Assembly: GCA_964016885.1 (NCBI GenBank)
Contig: OZ024743.1
Coordinates: forward strand, 160,828,001 to 160,892,000
Direction of reading: 5' to 3'
DNA from: Eledone cirrhosa
Lineage: Eukaryota
Length of the DNA: 64,000 bases
A program made the translations under genes and the position numbers. Numbering within the stretch: the stretch's first letter is position 1; the number at the start of each line of letters is the position of its first letter. A model generated the notes under the pieces. The model did not search any database. It was not told the DNA's origin and saw nothing but the letters and a program-made list of their open reading frames with translations. Positions 56,877-64,000 of this stretch are shown one piece after another.

Positions 56877-59800
56877 GGGAAGAAGACGCACGAGGTGACG
56901 GAGGTCATGAAATCGCTCCCGTAAGTTTTGAATTTTTAACATATTTAAATCATTTGTGAATTAACAACTCTTAGTACAAATGCTACGTAAAGCACCCGGC
57001 TTGAGCCCCAAAAAATTCGGACCCAAAATATATTGTTATAAGGCTCAAATATTCAAATATTCAACTTTGTATTGTACACTGTATATCCAAAAAAAAAAAT
57101 GGCTATAAATGGAAGAAGAAGAACCCCCCCCCCCTCCTTTCCTCTGGCTACACTATATAGGACAGCTAAACTCACCAACACCAGAAACTAGATACACCAC
57201 CCACCCCATCATCTGTGTACACTAAACACAACAGCATTTTCACCTTCACCGCCACCGCTCACTACGGCCATCATTACCACCACTATCCCATCACCGCCGC
57301 CACCACCCCTTGACTCCTTCACTGCTGCTGCCACCGCTACAGCACCATCACTACAGTAATACGGTCGCATCACCGCCACCACTGCCTCGGTATCGACATC
57401 ACCACCACCACTGTCTCAGTATCGCCAACGCCGCCCTCTCCCACTTCTCCCTGCTGGCTGCTACTACTTCCACATTATAGAATCCCTACTACTAACAAAG
57501 AGGAAGGCATCAAAATATATAGATAGACTCAAAAGAAAAAAGAAAAAACAAACAACAAAACCAAAGCAGCACAGCAACAACAGCAAAAAACGAGAAAAAC
57601 AAACAGAGAAAAACAAAAACAAAAAAAGAAACCCCAAAAACGTAAAGAAAATAAGAATGAAGAGAGAAGCAGGCGGACGGACAGAGAAGAGGGGGGAAAA
57701 AGTAAAACTTAAAAAACAAAAACTAAGTCAGACATTCGAATACTACATTACAATGAAACTTATGCTTATTCATTTTTGGGGCCCTTTCTGCCCGTGTGTT
57801 TGTTTGTTTATGTGTGTTCGTATACAGCGTGGTGATAATGCCACACAAGGGCCAAGTGGGATGGCGGATCCACAGATGGCTATGTAAACATACATTCGCC
57901 AATCCTCGATAAGAGTGTTTAAATATCGAGTGTTTAAATATCGAACATAAACAGTTCGAATAACGGTGAAATGGAGACTAGAACGTCATGTGACAGACTC
58001 TCACCCAACAGGTGCCCCCTGGCTCAGCAGCAGGAACCTGACTGTCAACCAAATACTGCTGATGTTGGAGGAAGAAGAAGAAGGAAAGGGGCCAGAACCA
58101 ACTGGACGAAAGAATTGAATAGAACTGTTATGCAATGCTACCTGAAAAGTAACCCCAAGGAGAGGGGCTACAGGAGACGGATGCATAACATCTGGAACGA
58201 GATTGGTTTATTTAAATTAGATGAACAAAAATTGGCCGGGCAGGCTCGGGTAATAAGAACTAATGGGTGGATAAGCGAGCTGGAACTGGAGGAACTGAAC
58301 AGAGAGAATGGCTTGGAGATGGCGGGTGTAGTATGCCAGACAAGCGAGCCGGTGGGAAATGAAGGTGAGGAGGTCCTGAGAACGGAGGAACCACCCGAAG
58401 CAGACAATGATCTGAATACTGAGATAAATAATACCTGGAACAGAGATACGGCCACTGAGGAGATGAATGCTGACGGGCTAGGACAAGATTCGGTTGACAT
58501 CCTAAATCTAGTGGTAGATGAATTGAACAATGATAGTGGGAGACCTATGAACCTAAGATTTGTAGACAGGAAAAAGTTAAAAGAAACAACAGCTAAGGTA
58601 AACAAAGTCATCCCATACCTTGAGGCGAGGAGTCTTCACCAGTGCAACAATATCCTCAAAGCAACAGCAAATACGGTGAGGAAACTACGTGGTATAAAAG
58701 CGAGAGGAAACAACAGACAAGAAAGAGCAGAGCCGTGGTGGAAGAAGCGACCGAGTGGGCAAATCGGGGAAATGAGAAATGACATAGGAAAGCTTGAGTC
58801 ACTACTGAATGGGACACTAAAAAACATAGGCACTAAAAATAGACTGGAAATAAAATACAAAACTAGGAGTAAAAAGCTAAATATTATCATAGAGGAATTG
58901 AAGCAACGCATTGTAGCAAAGAGTGCCAAAATCAGGCGATACGAGAACAGAGTCAGTCAGTATAAACAGAACCGCATGTTCGACAACAACCAGAAGATGC
59001 TGTTTGGACAGCTTGAGGGGAAAGAAAGAGGCAACGACTTGATCCCTGGGGCGGAACAAGCTAAAACATTCTGGAGAGGAATATGGGAGCAGGATGTTAG
59101 ACACAATGCCCAGGCAGGGTGGATTGAGACAGTACAGAGGGAGATCGGTGAGAAGGCACAACAACAGACTGATTTGAGTATCACAGTTGAAACTCTTAAG
59201 GGGCAAGCCAAAAAACTAACCAACTGGAAATCACCAGGCCCAGATGGTGTGCAGGGGTATTGGATTAAACATTTAACATCCCTCCACCCGAAGCTGACGG
59301 CCATGTTCAATGACTGCTTGGTGTCGGGTGAGGTGCCAGAGTGGTTGACAAAAGGTACCACAGTTCTGATAATGAAAGACCGAATCAAGGGTAATGATGT
59401 TACCAACTATAGACCTATCACATGTCTGCCCGTAATGTGGAAACTGTTGACGAGCATTGTGTCTGAGGAAATCTACCATCACCTCCACACAAACAACTTG
59501 TTACCGGACGAACAGAAAGGATGCCGAAAGAAGTCACGTGGTACAAAGGACCAGTTGCTTATTGATAAGATGGTAATGGAGAATTGCAGGAGGAGACACA
59601 CTGATCTTGCCATGGGATGGATAGACTACAGAAAGGCATTTGACATGGTACCTCATTCCTGGATCACCAAGAGCCTGGAGGTCTTCAGGGTGGCAGATAA
59701 CATCAGACAGTTGCTGGGCAGGAGTATGGGGTCCTGGGAGACAGAGTTGACATCAACTGGAGTATCCTTGGGAAGCGTGAAGATCAAGAGAGGTATCTTC

Positions 59801-61476
59801 CAGGGAGATAGCCTGTCCCCTCTGTTGTTTGTCCTTGCCCTGATGCCCTTGACCATTATGCTGCGAAAAGTGAGAGCAGGATACAAGTTGGGAAGGGGAG
59901 AGCTTACCATCAATCACCTCCTCTTCATGGACGATCTTAAGCTCTTCGGGAAAAGTGAGAAGGAGTTGGATGTGCTTGTTGACACTGTCCGTATTTTCAG
60001 CAGTGATATATGTATGCAGTTTGGTATTGGTAAATGTGGAGTCATTGTGATGAGGAGGGGTAGGTTGAGCAGAAGTAACGGGATCCAGATACCAACAGGT
60101 GAGATGATAAAGGAAATTGACTCTGAGGAAGGATTCAAGTATTTGGGCGTTCTGGAGGCTGATGGCATAAAGAACAAAAAGATGAAGGAATTGTTAAGAA
60201 CTGAATACATTCGGAGAGTAAGGAGCGTATTGAAGTCACATCTGAACAGCAGAAATGCCATAAGCGCAGTAAATTCCCGAGCTGTGTCTATTATTAGGTA
60301 CAGTGCGGGAATTCTGAGATGGAATGTTGCTGAACAAAAAGAAATGGATAGGAAGACTAGGAAGCTATTGACTATCTACAAAATGTTCCACAAGAGGAGT
60401 GATGTCGATAGACTCTACCTAAGGAGATCTGAGGGTGGAAGAGGTCTTATCAGCATAGAGGACTGTGTTCAGATGGAGAAAAACAACCTATACAAATACG
60501 TGACCTATAGTAAGGAGCCAATGCTCAGAACTGTACTGAAGGAGGGGACAGTAGGCCAGGGGATGTCCAAGGAGGAAATAACATCAAGGAGGAAGAGCAG
60601 CCTTAAGGGAAAATCCCTTCATAGTACCTTCTTTGAGAAAACTGAATTTAGAGATCCACAGACATGGAACTGGTTGAGAAGAGGAGACCTCAAAAAGGCT
60701 ACAGAAGGAATGCTAATGGCTGCGCAGGAGCAGGCCCTCAAAACGAAGTGGTTGAAGCACCATATCTACAAAGAGGAGGCTAGCCCACTGTGCAGGATCT
60801 GTGGAGAGAGAGAGGAGACTGTGGCTCACATTGTGTCCGAGTGTAAACACCTAGCCCAGACCCACTATAAGGGCTGGAGACACGATGTGATGGGCAGGGT
60901 GATCCACTGGCACCTGTGCAAAGTAAACAATCTACCACATTCTGAGAACTGGTATGAGCATAGGCCAGAGGCGGTGATGGAGAACAGTCAGGTGAAGGTG
61001 CTGTGGGATTTTAGGATACAGACGGACAAAAAACTGGAACACAATAGACCTGACCTGGTGGTTGTGGACAAAGAAAAAAGATCGTGCCTGATTGTGGATG
61101 TGGCCTGCCCGTTCGACACGAGAGTGCAAGAGAAGGAGAGGGAGAAAATTAACCGATACCAGGACCTAAAGTGGGAGGTGAAAAGGATTTGGAACTGCCA
61201 TGAAGTCAAAGTGATCCCGATTGTCATAGGCGCACTGGGGACTATCTCCAAAGGTTTCCAGGGATGGTTAAAGAAAATCGGCCCCTTCACGCTTTTTGGA
61301 ACGCTTCAAAAGGCATGCTTGCTTGGAACAGCAAGAACCCTCCGATACGTCCTGAATATCTGAGGCTGCAGGTAGTGGCTTGATATTCAATCCAACGGAC
61401 TTTCCAGTTAACCAACATCAATGACTGAGATTCAAGGAATAACAATAACAATAATAATAATAATAATAATAATAAT
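56877..61476 (+). mobile_element. R4/Dong-like non-LTR retrotransposon, apparently full length, between two (TAA)n tracts
   Basis: ~1.1-kb 5' region, intact ORF, ~75-bp 3' UTR, (AAT)n tail. Confidence 0.93.
57971..61363 (+). CDS. Non-LTR retrotransposon polyprotein: RT + CCHC zinc knuckle + restriction-like (PD-D/ExK) endonuclease, 1130 aa
   Basis: KSPGPDG, NYRPITCL, EQKG, DYRKAFDMVPH, GIFQGDSLSPLLF, LFMDDLK, KYLG, CRIC...HIVSEC, RHD, RPDLV...D...KINRY. Confidence 0.96.
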   Translation: METRTSCDRLSPNRCPLAQQQEPDCQPNTADVGGRRRRKGARTNWTKELNRTVMQCYLKSNPKERGYRRRMHNIWNEIGLFKLDEQKLAGQARVIRTNGWISELELEELNRENGLEMAGVVCQTSEPVGNEGEEVLRTEEPPEADNDLNTEINNTWNRDTATEEMNADGLGQDSVDILNLVVDELNNDSGRPMNLRFVDRKKLKETTAKVNKVIPYLEARSLHQCNNILKATANTVRKLRGIKARGNNRQERAEPWWKKRPSGQIGEMRNDIGKLESLLNGTLKNIGTKNRLEIKYKTRSKKLNIIIEELKQRIVAKSAKIRRYENRVSQYKQNRMFDNNQKMLFGQLEGKERGNDLIPGAEQAKTFWRGIWEQDVRHNAQAGWIETVQREIGEKAQQQTDLSITVETLKGQAKKLTNWKSPGPDGVQGYWIKHLTSLHPKLTAMFNDCLVSGEVPEWLTKGTTVLIMKDRIKGNDVTNYRPITCLPVMWKLLTSIVSEEIYHHLHTNNLLPDEQKGCRKKSRGTKDQLLIDKMVMENCRRRHTDLAMGWIDYRKAFDMVPHSWITKSLEVFRVADNIRQLLGRSMGSWETELTSTGVSLGSVKIKRGIFQGDSLSPLLFVLALMPLTIMLRKVRAGYKLGRGELTINHLLFMDDLKLFGKSEKELDVLVDTVRIFSSDICMQFGIGKCGVIVMRRGRLSRSNGIQIPTGEMIKEIDSEEGFKYLGVLEADGIKNKKMKELLRTEYIRRVRSVLKSHLNSRNAISAVNSRAVSIIRYSAGILRWNVAEQKEMDRKTRKLLTIYKMFHKRSDVDRLYLRRSEGGRGLISIEDCVQMEKNNLYKYVTYSKEPMLRTVLKEGTVGQGMSKEEITSRRKSSLKGKSLHSTFFEKTEFRDPQTWNWLRRGDLKKATEGMLMAAQEQALKTKWLKHHIYKEEASPLCRICGEREETVAHIVSECKHLAQTHYKGWRHDVMGRVIHWHLCKVNNLPHSENWYEHRPEAVMENSQVKVLWDFRIQTDKKLEHNRPDLVVVDKEKRSCLIVDVACPFDTRVQEKEREKINRYQDLKWEVKRIWNCHEVKVIPIVIGALGTISKGFQGWLKKIGPFTLFGTLQKACLLGTARTLRYVLNI

Positions 61477-64000
61477 GATTTCTTTATTAACCACAAGGGT
61501 TTACATAAAGTAGACATTAAGGACAGTGCAGGACAATGCAGGACGGTACAAATGGGCATTTCTGCGTGTAAAAAACAAAAACAGAGGGTGTAACAAAAAA
61601 TAACAATGAAAAATTCCCCAATAGGGGGAGACTTCGGAGGGACATTTGTGGAGAAAGCCCAGTAAAAAGCCACAATGACCCTGACCACCAAGGCAAGTGC
61701 CCTCTCCCAGTTTTCCACCTTTAATTTACAGATATATACTCAGAGTAGGCCCATTCACTCGGGCCATTCTTGCTTCTCTCACCCATCTTTCAACAAAATG
61801 CTGGGAAGAGAGCACTTCCCTCTCTACTCTGATTTTCCTTTTCAAATGAAATTTGAAAAAGTCAATCAGAGCATCACCGAAGAGGTAAGTGCTCGTCTTC
61901 AGCCCTTTCAAACGTGTCCACCATACTATCTCTTTCGCCATGGCCACCAGGCAGATAAAAACTGCCTGCCCTTCCCGGCTAAAGGAGGAGGGCGGGGCAA
62001 TCCTCAAGATGGACTCAGATGATAGCCGGATCCGTCCTAAACGCGACAGCAGGTGTTCGACATAAACCCACAAGTCAGCAATTTTCGGACACTGGACGAG
62101 TGCGTGCAGGACGGTTTCGTCGCCCTGCGCGCATCTCGGACATGCCCGGCTGACGGCACCTCCATGCCTGTAGAGTTTATCCCGAACTGGCAAGGCTCCT
62201 CGGTAGCACTGCCAGGCCAGAGATTTCTGGAAGTTGTCCATACGCCCTGGCCCGAAAGTTCTTCCGAAGAGATTGGCTAGTTGATTTTCGTCGACGCCTA
62301 GAGTTTCCCCAAGTACGTCGTCGCTCTTCCCCTCCACTAATCCTCTATAGAACGCCGAGGTGGAGTTTCCACCGATCACATTGCCCGATTGGTCGAGGGC
62401 TGTGAGCGCCTGAAGACATTCCAGTCTCCAGGCGCTCCCTCTCGGTCTTCGCTTGACCCAGGACTGCAGCTCCGTCAAGGAAACGAGCTGGGGAAAAACG
62501 CGTCTAGCAAACGGCGACCACACCTGATCACCGTCGAGGAAGAGGTGGAGATGTCGTAGCCTGAGCGCGTGCCTGCGCATCATCAGCCACGGCATGCCCA
62601 GCCCTCCACGTAGCGGGTGTTGACAGCAGATGGACCGCCTGACCATCAGAGCGCGTCCCTTCCACAAGAAGCGAAAGAGCAAACGCTCCAGCGCAGTCAG
62701 GCGGGGCTTAGGACAAGGTACGACGGTCAGGCGGTAGTAGATGACGGATGCGATGTACGCATTCGCCACCTCCGCTCGACCTTTCAGGGATAGCTTCCTC
62801 TCGGCCCATTTCTGGGTGAGAGAAGCCACCCTGCTCGTCACCTCGTCCCAGTTTTTGTCCGTCTGGAGGTCTGGACCGAACCAGACCCCCTAGCAATTTA
62901 ACCGGTCTGTCCGTCCAGCGCCCGACGACGCTGTTGGACGGCATGGACCTGCCTCTCCAGGTGCCGAGCTGCAGGCCCACTGACTTTTCCTGGTTGATCA
63001 TTGCTCCTGTCACCGCTTCGTATTCTCTTAGTGTAGTGCCGATCGCCTCGATGTGTTTGGCGTTCGACACCACTACGGTGACATCGTCGGCATATGCTGA
63101 CACGGATCTTCCGCATCCTAGTTCGCGCGGGACCCCCCTCAACGTCTCCAGTTTGTGCAGTAATGGCTCGAGAGTCAATACGTACAATAGGGACGAGAGG
63201 GGACATCCTTGGCAGACCGAGCGCATGATGTTGAACGGTTCCGACAGGTGACCGTTCACTCTCACTACAGAGCAGATGTCGCTGTGCATGGCAGCGATCC
63301 AGCCTCTGAAGACGGGCCCAAAGCCAGCCGCCCTCAGGACTGCCGCTAGGTAACGATGGTCGAGCCTATCGAAGGCTTTCGACTGATCTAAATTGAACAA
63401 AGACCCACCCGTGCCAGGTTCCCTAGCTACCCTCTCTACGATGTATCGCATGAGGTGGAGGTTGTCGTGAATGGATCTGTCGGGAATGGCGCATGTCTGT
63501 GCCTCTCCCACCAGACCACCAACGACAAGCGCCAACCTCTTTGCTAGCACCTTGGCCAAAATCTTGAATTCTGTGTTTAGCAGAGTTATGGGGCTAAAAT
63601 TATCTATATTATCCCCCTTGTTCGGATCCTTTCTCAGCAGCGCCACCGCTCCTCGGCTCACAGAGCTGGGAATTCTCCCGTTCTGTTGCCAGTTGCAGTA
63701 GACGTCCGCCAAGAGGCCTCCGAACAAGTTTGGTATTTGTACGTAAAGTTATAAGGGAAGACCATCTAAACCAGGCGATTTACCCCTTGTGCAACTAGTC
63801 ATTGCATCCCGTACTTCAGCGGTTGTTATCGGCTTTTCGAAACACTCCGCCTCAGTGGCTGAAAGCCGCGGCAGTCCGTCGAGGTAGACACTAAAGTCCA
63901 TCCCTCGATCCTGCCCGCCACTGCCCCCGAACAGTTGAGCGAAGTGTCGCTGAAAAGCTTCACACATTTGCCCGGGATCGAGTAGCATGCGCCCGTCGTG
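61477..64000 (-). mobile_element. L1/Tx1-clade LINE: ORF2 RT + C-terminal CCHC, 3' UTR (continues beyond window); two frameshifts
   Basis: KSPGLDG, PITLLN, DQSKAFDR, QGCPLS, AYADD, CPRC...HALVQC; AATAAA (minus) just before the (TTA)n tract. Confidence 0.92.

Noticed and set aside
58168-61290. Antisense ORFs within the LINE ORF
   Set aside because: Shadow frames of the long plus-strand ORF

Overview
Gene-free, AT-rich, microsatellite-dense eukaryotic intergenic DNA. The SINE families and repeat content suggest a cephalopod (octopus-like) genome, which is an inference. I found no host gene. The window is almost entirely retroelements: (i) six Penelope-like element (PLE; RT + C-terminal GIY-YIG) remnants, all on the minus strand; (ii) two R4/Dong-type RLE-endonuclease LINE families, one sitting in (TAA)n (a decayed copy followed head-to-tail by a copy with an intact 1130-aa ORF) and one in (TACA)n, the latter with a probable ~300-bp non-autonomous partner; (iii) an L1/Tx1 ORF2, RTE, CRE and Gypsy remnants; (iv) many tRNA-derived SINEs, several with clean TSDs; (v) a Helentron/DINE-like element carrying a 127-bp tandem array. 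The most notable signal is about a dozen type-I hammerhead ribozyme motifs (CUGANGA...GAAA + palindromic stem III + UH), from several unrelated sequence families. They lie in PLE terminal repeats and in a series of fold-back elements (0.2-2.6 kb), four of which place outward-facing hammerheads near their ends; two of these four have no coding remnant and one has an unassigned spacer. All RNA structures were read by eye and none was computed or tested.
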